Source of the DNA: Nitrosopumilus sp.
Lineage (GTDB): Archaea; Thermoproteota; Nitrososphaeria; Nitrososphaerales; Nitrosopumilaceae
Assembly (NCBI RefSeq): GCF_028278985.1
Contig: NZ_JANQTA010000003.1
Coordinates: 19,295-83,294 of the forward strand
DNA length: 64,000 bases
Direction of reading: 5' to 3'
Below are positions 18,170 to 28,330 of the stretch, piece after piece. Numbering within the stretch: the stretch's first letter is position 1; every line of letters starts with the position of its first letter. The notes beneath the pieces were generated by a model. The model had not been told where the DNA came from. It worked only from the letters and a program-made list of their open reading frames with translations, and ran no database searches. The translations under genes were made by a program, and so were the position numbers.

Positions 18170-18817
18170 ATGTCAAAAGCAATTGTTTTAGGGGGTTCAA
18201 GAGGAATTGGAAGAGCCATATCTGAAGCACTTGATTCAATTGATGTAGATGTGGTTGCAACATCAAAGAATGAAATTGACACTTCAAACTTAGATAGTGT
18301 TAGAAATTTTGTGAAGGATTATAATCAAACAGATATTCTTGTCTTAAATACAGGTGGTCCAGCTCCTAAACAATTTTCAGAAATTACTGAAGAAGACTGG
18401 ATGAAATATCATAATCAATTATTTTTGGGATTTTGTACTATATTGCAAAATATCAAAATTAACGATGGAGGATATATTTTCTTGATTAGTTCAAGTGTTA
18501 TCAAAGAACCAAATGCTAAATTAATTATTTCATCAGCATATAGAACTGCATTTTCAGAAATTTTCAAGGTGTTAAGTAAGGAATATGCTCAAAATCAAAT
18601 TAGCTGTATCAACATAGCACCTGGTCCAATTAATACAGATAGAACAAAAGAATTGATAGACAATGTAGAGGAATTTATGAAAACATTACCAATGAAAAGG
18701 TTGGGTGAACCAAAAGAAATAGGAAATTTTGTAAAATCCATTGTAGAAAATAAGATTAAGTATCTTTCAGGAGTTACAATAAACTTTGATGGTGCAAATT
18801 CAAATTATGTATTTTAG
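18170..18817 (+). CDS. Short-chain dehydrogenase/reductase
   Basis: GGSRGIG, LVLNTGGP, NIAPGPINT, FDG. Confidence 0.88.
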   Translation: MSKAIVLGGSRGIGRAISEALDSIDVDVVATSKNEIDTSNLDSVRNFVKDYNQTDILVLNTGGPAPKQFSEITEEDWMKYHNQLFLGFCTILQNIKINDGGYIFLISSSVIKEPNAKLIISSAYRTAFSEIFKVLSKEYAQNQISCINIAPGPINTDRTKELIDNVEEFMKTLPMKRLGEPKEIGNFVKSIVENKIKYLSGVTINFDGANSNYVF

Positions 18818-18860
18818 TAATTACCTAAGAAGTTATTAATTAATAAAAATCACAGAAAAT

Positions 18861-19259
18861 ATGACAGATTGGAATACATTAAGAGCTAGATTTCCTGATG
18901 ATGAATTTGAGGAAATTGAGAGAATTAAAGAACAATATGGATTAAGTTATAACGAAATTATTCGTTCAGGAGTAAAATTTTACGTTGGATTAACTTTAGG
19001 TAAAGAATTGATTGCTGATGCACTTGAAGAAAAAGATATCAAAGTGGGTGGAAAAAATTTGGGTGAAATTCTAAAAAGTCCTGAATATCAAGCAAATCTT
19101 GAACAAAAAATTTCCAAATTAGTAAAGATTCTCATATGGGAATTATTTGAAAAAGGAATGGACTTTAAAGAAAAAACAAAGTCAATTAGAAAAGAACGTA
19201 AAGTTGGTAGACCAAAGACTAAGAAAAAAGTTGGTAGACCTAAACAAGGACTAGATTAA
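18861..19259 (+). CDS. CopG/RHH-type DNA-binding protein with basic tail
   Basis: TLRARFPDDEFEEIERIKEQYGLSYNEIIRSGV; duplicated KVGRPK at the C-terminus. Confidence 0.65.
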   Translation: MTDWNTLRARFPDDEFEEIERIKEQYGLSYNEIIRSGVKFYVGLTLGKELIADALEEKDIKVGGKNLGEILKSPEYQANLEQKISKLVKILIWELFEKGMDFKEKTKSIRKERKVGRPKTKKKVGRPKQGLD

Positions 19260-19898
19260 TTATTTTTTAAATTCCACATTCGGAGTATCAGGCTGACCAG
19301 CAATGGCGATTAAACCTCCATCACGAAGCTGTTGTAATAATTGCATAACTTCTTTTTCAACTTGGTTTCTTTGTAGTCCTGTTTGTTGTGCAAAGATTTC
19401 CACAAGTTCTGTAACTTTTCTTTGACCATTACATGATTTCCAGAAATCAACAATAGCTTGATTAACCATAAAACCCTGTTCATGTTCATTTGCTAAAACC
19501 ATAGAGCCATCTTCTTGTTGAACCAATTTTCCAACACCCTGAGGTAAAGCGGTTTCATAATTTATTGGAGCAGGAGTATTCATACCAGCACCCATATTTT
19601 TGATTTTTATCTTAGCCTCTTCAGACATTTTATCCATTGACCAAGGAGGATCCCAAACAATTTCGATGTTGACATTATTTACTCCAGGTACTTTTTTAAC
19701 AAATCGTGTAGCATCTGAAACAAGGGTTTCATGTAAAGGACATCCTTGGGTAGTCATAGTCATTTTAATATTTACATCATTATTTTCAGCAACATCAATA
19801 CCATAGATCAATCCCATTTCAACAATATTGAGTGGGACTTCTGGATCCATACATTGTTTTAATGAATCTTCTACTGATTGAGAAGTTACTGTACTCAT
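19260..19898 (-). CDS. Fe-S assembly factor (SufT/PaaD/MIP18) fused to PqqD-like domain
   Basis: DPEVPLNIVEMGLIY, TTQGCP, VWDPPW; C-terminal IVDFWKSCNGQRKVTELV...LLQQLRDGGLI. Confidence 0.85.
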   Translation of the reverse strand: MSTVTSQSVEDSLKQCMDPEVPLNIVEMGLIYGIDVAENNDVNIKMTMTTQGCPLHETLVSDATRFVKKVPGVNNVNIEIVWDPPWSMDKMSEEAKIKIKNMGAGMNTPAPINYETALPQGVGKLVQQEDGSMVLANEHEQGFMVNQAIVDFWKSCNGQRKVTELVEIFAQQTGLQRNQVEKEVMQLLQQLRDGGLIAIAGQPDTPNVEFKK

Positions 19899-19934
19899 AT
19901 TGTTTGAAGCAGTTTGAAAAACAATAAAAACTTT

Positions 19935-20996
19935 CTATTTATTAGCTTCAAATAATTTTTCTATGGATTCTTCAAATGGAGGCTGTGCTACTCCTTTTTC
20001 GGTAATTATTCCTGCAATTAGTTCAGGAGGAGTCATGTCAAATGCAGGATTTATGACATTGATATTATCTGGAGCTGTTTTAGTATCGCCTACACCAGTT
20101 ACTTCAGTTCCTTTTCTCATCTCGATAATAACATCTTCAGCTTTACTTTCCAAATCAATTGTCGATAAAGGAGCTGCAACATAAAATGGAATGCCATGTT
20201 GTTTTGCCATAGTAGCAACTTGATATGTTCCAATTTTATTAAAAACATGACCAGTTTTTACAATTCTATCAGCACCCACAACAACTTTGTTAACTAGACC
20301 GTTAGCCATAGAATATCCAACTGCTGTATCAGGAATTAAACTAACATCAAATCCATCATGTTTTAATTCAAATGCGGTTAACCTTGAACCCTGTTGAATT
20401 GGTCTAGTTTCTGTAGCAATAACTTTTACATTTTTTCCACTTTCTTTGGTAGCTCTAATAACCCCTAATGCAGTTCCATAAGCAACAGTAGCTAAAGCTC
20501 CGGCATTACAATGTGTCATAATTGTATCATTATCATCAAATAAAACAGAACCATTTTTACCCATGGTTTTATTAATTTCAATATCTTCTTCTGCCATTTG
20601 TTTGGCAGTAGAAATAACAAGTTCTTTTATCTCATCTATCGAATTTCCAGTTTGTGCGATTGTCATAATTTTTTCTAAACCCCATCCAAGATTAACAGCT
20701 GTAGGTCTTGTTGCAAATAAAATCTCCTTTGCTTTCTTCAAATCATTAATGAGATCGTCCTTGTTTTTAGCTTCACTCTGTAATACAGCAAGTGCCATTC
20801 CAAATGCACCAGAAACACCTATTGCAGGTGCACCTCTAACCACTAGAGTTTTAATTGCAATAGCTACTTGATTAAAATCATCATATTCAACAAATGTAAG
20901 TTCATTTGGTAACTTTGTTTGATCAATCATTATTACCTTATTATTTTTCCATTCAACTGTACGTAAAGACTTCATGTCATTAGAAATTTGACTCAT
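19935..20996 (-). CDS. mtnA: S-methyl-5-thioribose-1-phosphate isomerase
   Basis: VRGAPAIG, TRPTAVNL, THCNAGALAT, ETRP, GADRI, NKIGTY. Confidence 0.93.
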   Translation of the reverse strand: MSQISNDMKSLRTVEWKNNKVIMIDQTKLPNELTFVEYDDFNQVAIAIKTLVVRGAPAIGVSGAFGMALAVLQSEAKNKDDLINDLKKAKEILFATRPTAVNLGWGLEKIMTIAQTGNSIDEIKELVISTAKQMAEEDIEINKTMGKNGSVLFDDNDTIMTHCNAGALATVAYGTALGVIRATKESGKNVKVIATETRPIQQGSRLTAFELKHDGFDVSLIPDTAVGYSMANGLVNKVVVGADRIVKTGHVFNKIGTYQVATMAKQHGIPFYVAAPLSTIDLESKAEDVIIEMRKGTEVTGVGDTKTAPDNINVINPAFDMTPPELIAGIITEKGVAQPPFEESIEKLFEANK

Positions 20997-21082
20997 TAAA
21001 AATTAACAAAATAAAGTATATTTTAAATCAATCTCAAAAATAGACATCAAATATTTATTTTTGTAGAATTACACTTTGTTAC

Positions 21083-22099
21083 TTGTTAACAATTAATCAG
21101 TTAGAAAAATTTGATTCTAATAAAATGTACAGAGTATATGATGAATGGCCAAATATCGCCAGAAATCAATATGAAAAACAACTTGAACAAGTAGATTTTG
21201 ACAATGTTTCACACATTGTTTTTGCTGGAATGGGGGGTTCTGGAGCCATTGGAGATATTTTTGCATCTATTTTATCAAAAACAGATATTCATGTTGATGT
21301 AGTAAAAGGCTATCAATTACCTAAAACTGTAAATTCTGACACGATTGTAGTTACTACAAGTGTATCAGGAAATACTGAAGAAACATTAAGAATTTTAAAT
21401 GATTCAAATTCACTTCAAGCAAAAATTATCGCATTTTCCGATGGAGGAAAAATTCAGCAATATTGTGATCAGAATCAAATAAATCATAGAAAAATTTCTA
21501 TGATACATTCTCCTCGTGCTTCATTTCCTACCTTCCTTTATTCAATGATGCAAGTATTTGAATCAGTTTTACCAATTGATAAAATAGACATCAAAAATTC
21601 TATTAATATTTTAGAAAAACAAAAAGAGAAAATTTTTTCAGAAAATTTAGTTAATGAAAATCCGGCATTAGATTTATCACAATGGATTACAAAAATTCCA
21701 TTAATTTATTATCCATGGGGACTTGAAGCTGCAGCAATCAGATTTAAAAATTCATTACAAGAAAATGCAAAAATGCATGCAATCACTGAAGATGTGATCG
21801 AAGCTTGTCATAACGGAATTGTTGCATGGAGCAAAAAATCTGAAATTCAACCCATTTTAATCAAAGGTGCAGATGATCATTCTAAAACAAAAGAAAGATG
21901 GAATATTTTAAAGGAATTCTTTCATGAAAAAAATATTGAATTTAAAGAAATTGATTCGATAAAAGGTGGTATTTTTTCAAAATTAATTAATTTGATTTAT
22001 TTCTTAGATTATACTTCAATTTACAAAGCAATTTCATTAGAAATTGATCCATCACCTGTGGAACCAATTGATTTTGTTAAACAAAAATTAAAATCTTAA
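21083..22099 (+). CDS. Bifunctional phosphoglucose/phosphomannose isomerase (SIS)
   Basis: GMGGSG, SVSGNTEET, PRAS, ENAK, EACHN. Confidence 0.88.
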   Translation: MLTINQLEKFDSNKMYRVYDEWPNIARNQYEKQLEQVDFDNVSHIVFAGMGGSGAIGDIFASILSKTDIHVDVVKGYQLPKTVNSDTIVVTTSVSGNTEETLRILNDSNSLQAKIIAFSDGGKIQQYCDQNQINHRKISMIHSPRASFPTFLYSMMQVFESVLPIDKIDIKNSINILEKQKEKIFSENLVNENPALDLSQWITKIPLIYYPWGLEAAAIRFKNSLQENAKMHAITEDVIEACHNGIVAWSKKSEIQPILIKGADDHSKTKERWNILKEFFHEKNIEFKEIDSIKGGIFSKLINLIYFLDYTSIYKAISLEIDPSPVEPIDFVKQKLKS

Positions 22100-22905
22100 A
22101 CATCATAAGATTGTTTTTTTGATTTTGTATATTTTTTATTGATTGATTTTGCTTTAGGGGTTTTTTTAAGATAATTTTGATTTAATTGTTTAATAAGATC
22201 TAATGTTTGATGATGAATTAAATCAAGATTTGGAATAACACAATGACCTCCAATGTAGCCGGGATACATTTTTGGTCTATTACCCAAAAATTTGTGAATT
22301 TCATCTGAAAATGACCACATCTCATCATAATCAACTTTATGTTCATTTGCAATCATATTGCTAATTTGAGCATAATTTATCAGCCAACCATAATATGATG
22401 TATCACAAACAATTTTTGCCAATTCTAACGTAATTGGGGAAGATACTTTTCTTGATTTTACATTTGAAAGTTTCAGTAATTTTCTATACTCATTAGATGC
22501 CCAAGAAGATTTTGGGGCAGATTTTTCAATTGCATAAAATTTTGTATATTTTTTTAAATCAGATAACATTCTTTGATGGATTCCTCTTGTTGCGCTATAG
22601 ATTACTGGAACAGTTAGTTTTTCTTGAAGTTTTGAAGTAGTATATGGAGAAATTGTACTATGAATTACAACTATCAAAGGAGAAAATTGATCAACTAAAT
22701 TAAGAACGTTTTTTTCAAAATTTTTGCCAAATGGGATACAAATATGAAGGAATTTGGTTTGAGCATTTGCGTATTTCTCAAATTTTTTAATGTTCATTAA
22801 TTTTTTATCAATATCAAAGCCAATTGATATCGAATTTTTAGATAGTAACTTGAGAATGGGATTTCCAATTTCGCCTAATCCAGCTACAATATCTTTTTGA
22901 TTCAA
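22096..22905 (-). CDS. Short NDP-sugar dehydrogenase family protein (UDP-ManNAc/GDP-Man dehydrogenase-like)
   Basis: GLGEIG, IHSTISP, ELAK, PGYIGGHC; lacks the C-terminal domain. Confidence 0.75.
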   Translation of the reverse strand: MNQKDIVAGLGEIGNPILKLLSKNSISIGFDIDKKLMNIKKFEKYANAQTKFLHICIPFGKNFEKNVLNLVDQFSPLIVVIHSTISPYTTSKLQEKLTVPVIYSATRGIHQRMLSDLKKYTKFYAIEKSAPKSSWASNEYRKLLKLSNVKSRKVSSPITLELAKIVCDTSYYGWLINYAQISNMIANEHKVDYDEMWSFSDEIHKFLGNRPKMYPGYIGGHCVIPNLDLIHHQTLDLIKQLNQNYLKKTPKAKSINKKYTKSKKQSYDV

Positions 22906-23002
22906 TTGTACTCAGTAAAAAAATAGTCATAAATTAATCAATCTGAAATTAATTTATCTACAAAAATTGTTTTAAATAGATTAATTTGAAAGTAGGTAAG
23001 AT

Positions 23003-24844
23003 TTGGTACAATTAGAGATCTATGAACACATAGAACATATGGTTCAAAATAATGAAAAAATTTTGCTTGATTTGGATGATCTTGCAAAGTTTGCTCATTA
23101 CAAACATGGGAAAGAATTTCTCAAAATTCCATCAACCATAGTTGGTGACAAAACAATCTTAGAATGGTTTGCAGTAGATGAAATTTCATATTGGTGGTTT
23201 ATATCACCAATTATTCACTCAAAATTTAAGGAATCAACAATCTTAATTGAAAGATTATTTTTATTTTTTGATAGTTATGATATCACTAATGTAAAAATTG
23301 ATTCAAAATTAAAAAATAAAAAAATAATTGAAAATTTTTGTAAATTTAAAGAAATCCAATATGAAGTATTTTCAAACAATTTTAAAGAGAAATTAATAAG
23401 TACTTCAAAAAATTTCGTAAAAAAACAAGGTTATAAAAATATCACAAATAAAAAAATTGAAAATAGAATATCAATTTATAACAAATTCCAAAAAAATACT
23501 CAATTTAAAAAAAATTCAATAATTTTTACATCTCCTGGAATTTATAGACGAAGTAGATATAATATACAAAAACAGGAAGCAGAAAATGAAGAATTTTTCA
23601 TACAGCCTCTTGTAGATTTTTTAAAAAAAAGATTTCCTATTTTGTGTATTGATTTAGATTATACATTCAGAGGAAATACTGAAATTTTGAAAGAAAGATT
23701 AGAAACTGAAAATCATTGGATTCCCATTGAGATTTTATTAAAACAAAAGAATGTAAAAAAATCAAAAGAAAACTTAGATAGAATAAAAAATCAATATAAA
23801 AAATTCAAAGAAAATAGATTAAATGATGTTTTTAAGTATAAAGAAATTTCATTTTGGGAATTTTTAGAAGAATTTGTGGATGAAATCTTTTTTGAGCCAA
23901 ACCTACCTACATACACTAATTTACTCTTGGAAATTGAAGATTTTCTTAAAGAAATCAAGCCAAAAATGATTATTCAGGTATATGAAACTGGACCTTATGC
24001 AAAAGCATTTGAATTAAGTGCAAAAAAACTTGGAATTAAGACAGTAGGAATTCAACATGGATTAATTCCTTCAGATAGTGGAGATTATATTTTTAGAGAG
24101 ATTTTCAATGAAAAAAATAAACTTGGAAATATTATACCAGATATAACATTAGTATTTGGGAATTATTACAAAAAATTATTAACGGAGATTGGAACATATC
24201 CGAAAGACAAAGTTATAGAAATAGGAAATCCAGCATACTATAATTTAGACGAAATTAAACATAATTTGAAAAAAGAAGAATTACAAGAAAAATATTCTAT
24301 ACAAAATAAAAAAACTGTTTTAATTCCATTATCATTTAGATTTCTATATTTCAAAAATAATCCTGATAAAATATTATTGGATGAAATTTTTGAAAAATTT
24401 AAAAATAGAGATGATATTCAGTTTTTAATTAGAACACACCCTGGTGACGACTTTAACCTAGAAGAATTAAGAAAGATGTATCCTACAAACAATTTCCTTT
24501 TAAGTAAACACACATTAGTTGAAGATTTTGTTTTGTGTGATCTTGTTGCTATCTTACCAATATCAACTGTAAGTACAGAAGCTGCATTATTTGAAAAACC
24601 TATAATTATGATAGATGTGATTAATGATAAAATTCAATCAAAATTTAATGAAACATATGAAGAATTAATCAATTCAGAAATAGTTAAACTTGTTAGTATT
24701 GAAAAAATTGATGATGCAATAAATTCATTAAAAAAAGATGAAATTTGGAGAACAGATGATTCAGAAAAAAGAAAAAAATTTGTAGAAAATTATTTTAATG
24801 AAAATAAGAAAGTTGATTTTGAAAAGATCTTATTTGACAATTAA
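23003..24844 (+). CDS. GT-B-type surface carbohydrate transferase (CDP-glycerol phosphotransferase/sialyltransferase-like)
   Basis: GIQHG, VFGNYY, IGNP, RTHPGD, STVSTEAALFEKP. Confidence 0.65.
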   Translation: MVQLEIYEHIEHMVQNNEKILLDLDDLAKFAHYKHGKEFLKIPSTIVGDKTILEWFAVDEISYWWFISPIIHSKFKESTILIERLFLFFDSYDITNVKIDSKLKNKKIIENFCKFKEIQYEVFSNNFKEKLISTSKNFVKKQGYKNITNKKIENRISIYNKFQKNTQFKKNSIIFTSPGIYRRSRYNIQKQEAENEEFFIQPLVDFLKKRFPILCIDLDYTFRGNTEILKERLETENHWIPIEILLKQKNVKKSKENLDRIKNQYKKFKENRLNDVFKYKEISFWEFLEEFVDEIFFEPNLPTYTNLLLEIEDFLKEIKPKMIIQVYETGPYAKAFELSAKKLGIKTVGIQHGLIPSDSGDYIFREIFNEKNKLGNIIPDITLVFGNYYKKLLTEIGTYPKDKVIEIGNPAYYNLDEIKHNLKKEELQEKYSIQNKKTVLIPLSFRFLYFKNNPDKILLDEIFEKFKNRDDIQFLIRTHPGDDFNLEELRKMYPTNNFLLSKHTLVEDFVLCDLVAILPISTVSTEAALFEKPIIMIDVINDKIQSKFNETYEELINSEIVKLVSIEKIDDAINSLKKDEIWRTDDSEKRKKFVENYFNENKKVDFEKILFDN

Positions 24845-25764
24845 CTTTTAGGCTTTAGAACATACATATGAAAACAATTGTTTTTTGAAGGGCTGCTTAG
24901 TTCAAAATCAATGTAAGAGCGAAATAGAGGATATAATTCATTGATTAACCTATTCTTAATCCTCTTCCTTTCCAGATTATCTAATTTATTTGCCATTTCT
25001 ATTAAAAATGGACTATATGGGCGTAATCCAATACTCCAAAATTTAATTAAATTTTTGGATAGATGTGTTGAATGATGTGAAATCTCAAATCCAGAAGTAG
25101 AAAAAATCTTCTTCCATTCCTGATTTGTGTAACAGTGTTTAATATTATCATGAATGCCTCTATCTAAGATTTTAGCCCATTTGGATTTGGTTTTTAGAAA
25201 ATGATTAAAAATTAAAAAATTTTGAAATTTTTTATCTGGAACAAAAATTATAACTTGTCCATTATTTTTTAAAATTCTATTTATTTCAGATAGAGAAAAA
25301 ATAGGATCTTTTAGCCAATACAAAACATTACTAAAAACTGAATTAAATGAATTTTCTTCAAAAGGAAATTTTTTATTCATATCATGTTTTATTAATTTAT
25401 TATACAAGCCATAAGATTTTGCTTTATCAAGTAAATTTGATTTCCAATCCATTCCAACATTAATTTTTAGAGATGATTTTTTAGTAATTTTCGGTTTTAC
25501 AAATGAATTCTGATTATGAATATCTTTTCCAGAAAAAAAATCCTTAGTACTTGAAATTGTAGAATAAACATCAAATGATTTAGAAGTTTCACCTGAGAAA
25601 AGAGTAAAACTAAAACTTCCATCACCACATCCTGCATCAAGAAGGGGTTTTTGAAAAGCAATATTTTTCATTTGAATAGCATCAAGTGTTCTCCAAATTG
25701 CAGTTTCAGGTCTTAGCCAATATAGATTTAAGAAATTTTTTAAGATTTGGCCATTTGTATCCAA
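24841..25764 (-). CDS. Class I SAM-dependent methyltransferase
   Basis: LLDAGCGDG; FPFEENSFNSVFSNVLYW; EINRILK. Confidence 0.88.
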   Translation of the reverse strand: MDTNGQILKNFLNLYWLRPETAIWRTLDAIQMKNIAFQKPLLDAGCGDGSFSFTLFSGETSKSFDVYSTISSTKDFFSGKDIHNQNSFVKPKITKKSSLKINVGMDWKSNLLDKAKSYGLYNKLIKHDMNKKFPFEENSFNSVFSNVLYWLKDPIFSLSEINRILKNNGQVIIFVPDKKFQNFLIFNHFLKTKSKWAKILDRGIHDNIKHCYTNQEWKKIFSTSGFEISHHSTHLSKNLIKFWSIGLRPYSPFLIEMANKLDNLERKRIKNRLINELYPLFRSYIDFELSSPSKNNCFHMYVLKPKS

Positions 25765-25885
25765 TGCTAATCCTGATACTAAGAAGTTTAATAATCTAGT
25801 GGCATGTTTACAAAATTAAAGTTTAACAATTTGTAGACAAAATCCCACAATAAGATTATGTACTACACTAATTTCATGAAATATA

Positions 25886-26965
25886 ATGTATGCAATTACA
25901 ATTCCAACTAGTACGAATGTTGGGGATTACTTAATTTCTAAATCAGCTAAACGAATCATTAAAGAAATTAAAGGAGATGTTGAAATTATTGAATTTCCTA
26001 TGCAAAAAGATCTTCAAGATAATTTGAAAGAGATTAATGAGTGTGATGCGATGATTATTCCTCATTTTGCAATAAGAGATCCAGGCATGTATCCTGAAAC
26101 TTATAGATTAGTGAAAGATTTGAAGCAGATCAAAGTACCTATTTTTCCTTTAGGTGCAGGATGGAAAGGCTTTCCTGGTGATTATAATACCGTTAAAACA
26201 CTTGAATATTCTCCAAAAACAAGAAAATTTTTGCAATATATTGCAAATCAGGTGGAAACAGTTCTTTGTAGAGACTATTTTACATGTCAAGTTTTGAAAA
26301 ATCATAATATTTCTAATGTTGTAATGGGTGGAGATATTGCATGGTATGATTTTGACATGATGGGAAAAGAAATGAATCGAAAAAGAGAAATCAAAAAAAT
26401 TGTATTTACAACACCACATGCACCATGGTTCAATAAACAGGCTATGGAAACAATGAAGATGTTAGAAAAACTTTATCCAAATGCTACAAAAATTTGTGCA
26501 ATGCATAGTGGATTGAATTTAGAAGACGATGAAGTTGGAAAATATGGACAACAAATAGGATTTGAAGTACGAGACGTATCAAAGGATTTAGAAAAAATTG
26601 AATTTTATAAAGAATGTGATTTACATGTGGGCTATAGATTACATGCACATATTTTCTTTTTAAGAAATCGAAACCCTTCAGTTCTACTTCATGAAGATGG
26701 TAGAGGTACTGGGTTCAGTTATACAGTAGGGATTGGAGGATTTGATGCATTCAAAATAATGGAAGGATTAAAGAAGAAAATTCATTTTGCTACACATAAG
26801 GGTAGAGAACGAATAATGGCTGCAGATATGCAGATTCCTAAAAAGGTTAAAAATTTCTTAGAAGAGGAGAACCAATCATATTTTAGGAGATATGTTGGTA
26901 TCCCAAAAATGTTTGATCAAACATTTCAGCAAGTAATGAAACCTTGGATTGAATCGATTCCTTAA
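25886..26965 (+). CDS. Polysaccharide pyruvyl transferase family
   Basis: NVGDYLI, LCRDYFT, GDIAW, GYRLHAHI. Confidence 0.8.
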   Translation: MYAITIPTSTNVGDYLISKSAKRIIKEIKGDVEIIEFPMQKDLQDNLKEINECDAMIIPHFAIRDPGMYPETYRLVKDLKQIKVPIFPLGAGWKGFPGDYNTVKTLEYSPKTRKFLQYIANQVETVLCRDYFTCQVLKNHNISNVVMGGDIAWYDFDMMGKEMNRKREIKKIVFTTPHAPWFNKQAMETMKMLEKLYPNATKICAMHSGLNLEDDEVGKYGQQIGFEVRDVSKDLEKIEFYKECDLHVGYRLHAHIFFLRNRNPSVLLHEDGRGTGFSYTVGIGGFDAFKIMEGLKKKIHFATHKGRERIMAADMQIPKKVKNFLEEENQSYFRRYVGIPKMFDQTFQQVMKPWIESIP

Positions 26966-27013
26966 TTAAAATTCATAAAATAATGTTATTAATCAGAATA
27001 TGTTTGATAGTTT

Positions 27014-27196
27014 ATGGAAGATGATGATTTAGAAAAAATTCTTGAAAAACTAAATAGTAAAAAAAGAGACTGTGAATCTTTTTCAAAGAAATATGAAGTC
27101 AGAAAAATGGATGATCTCTTTCAATATTACGAAGGAGCTAAATGGGCAATAGAATTTGCAATTTCAGTAATAGAAAATAAAGATAGTAAACAATAA
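27014..27196 (+). CDS. Small hypothetical protein
   Basis: 60 aa helical ORF abutting the convergent neighbour. Confidence 0.65.
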   Translation: MEDDDLEKILEKLNSKKRDCESFSKKYEVRKMDDLFQYYEGAKWAIEFAISVIENKDSKQ

Positions 27197-28255
27197 TTAT
27201 TTTCCAACTGTTTGAGAACGATTAACATAATTATCAATCCCAATTAATCGTCCATCAACATCTGTTGTATCTCTTTTTGTTTTTCTTGGTAAATAGCATT
27301 TTTTACATGGAGAAAGATCAGTCATTCCTGTATGTTTTAAATGAATTTTTCTGGCATCAGTTAATTTTTTACCATGCCATATATTGAAAATTGAATCTTC
27401 ATTCACGTTATCTAATTTGTATTCTTCAAATTCATCATTAGAACACATCATTACAGTACCATCTGCACCAATTACAAGTCTCTCCCATAATTGAGGACAA
27501 GTGAAGTTATTTTCGTATTCAATGTCAGTATCATTTCCTAGATAATCAATTAGAGGATTTGATGCAACTTGATCAGTAATTGAGTTAAATGTGTTGTAAA
27601 AATCTTCTGGGTTTTTTGAAATAGCTGGCCATACAGTTTGAACTTTAATTACAGGTTTGACAACTCCACGTTTTTGTTTTATCTCAGAATATTTTTTAAT
27701 TTTTGAAACAGCATCATCAAATTTTAAGGGATAGCGAATTTTGTCATAAGTTTCTCCAATTCCATCAAATGAAATTGTTAACCAATCAAGATCTAAATCA
27801 ATAAGTTTTTGAAAACCTTTTTCATCTAAAAAACCACCATGAGTTAGGGTAGAGACTTCTTTAATGCCTTTATCTTTTGCATATTCAATCATTTCATAGA
27901 TATTTTCATTAAGAAATGCTTCGCCACGTAAACTAAGTCTTATTGAAAATAAATTATATTCTGAACATTCATCAATGATTTTTTTAAATAGATCAAAATC
28001 CATGTGTTTTCTGTTAATTTTCTTTTTGAACTCATCTGTTGTAGTATAACACATAGGACAACTTAGATTGCACAAGCTTGATAATTCTACATCTACATGA
28101 GACGGAAATTTAGGAACATGATGAAACCTAGGGTAAAGATGCCATTTGACTCTATTTTTTATGTAACTAAAGAGATGCCCTTGACCCCTATGTAATTCAA
28201 ATTTAAAATTCTGTGTTCTACTTGATAATCTAAATTGTCCTTTGTTAATTTTCAT
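27197..28255 (-). CDS. Radical SAM protein with SPASM/twitch domain
   Basis: CNLSCPMC; C-terminal CPQLW...DGTVMMC...CKKC. Confidence 0.92.
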   Translation of the reverse strand: MKINKGQFRLSSRTQNFKFELHRGQGHLFSYIKNRVKWHLYPRFHHVPKFPSHVDVELSSLCNLSCPMCYTTTDEFKKKINRKHMDFDLFKKIIDECSEYNLFSIRLSLRGEAFLNENIYEMIEYAKDKGIKEVSTLTHGGFLDEKGFQKLIDLDLDWLTISFDGIGETYDKIRYPLKFDDAVSKIKKYSEIKQKRGVVKPVIKVQTVWPAISKNPEDFYNTFNSITDQVASNPLIDYLGNDTDIEYENNFTCPQLWERLVIGADGTVMMCSNDEFEEYKLDNVNEDSIFNIWHGKKLTDARKIHLKHTGMTDLSPCKKCYLPRKTKRDTTDVDGRLIGIDNYVNRSQTVGK

Positions 28256-28330
28256 ATTGCTTCATCTTACTCCATTAATATTTAATATTCTCTGTTTAAA
28301 AGTTGAAAAAAAGTCTTAAACATTTCAATT

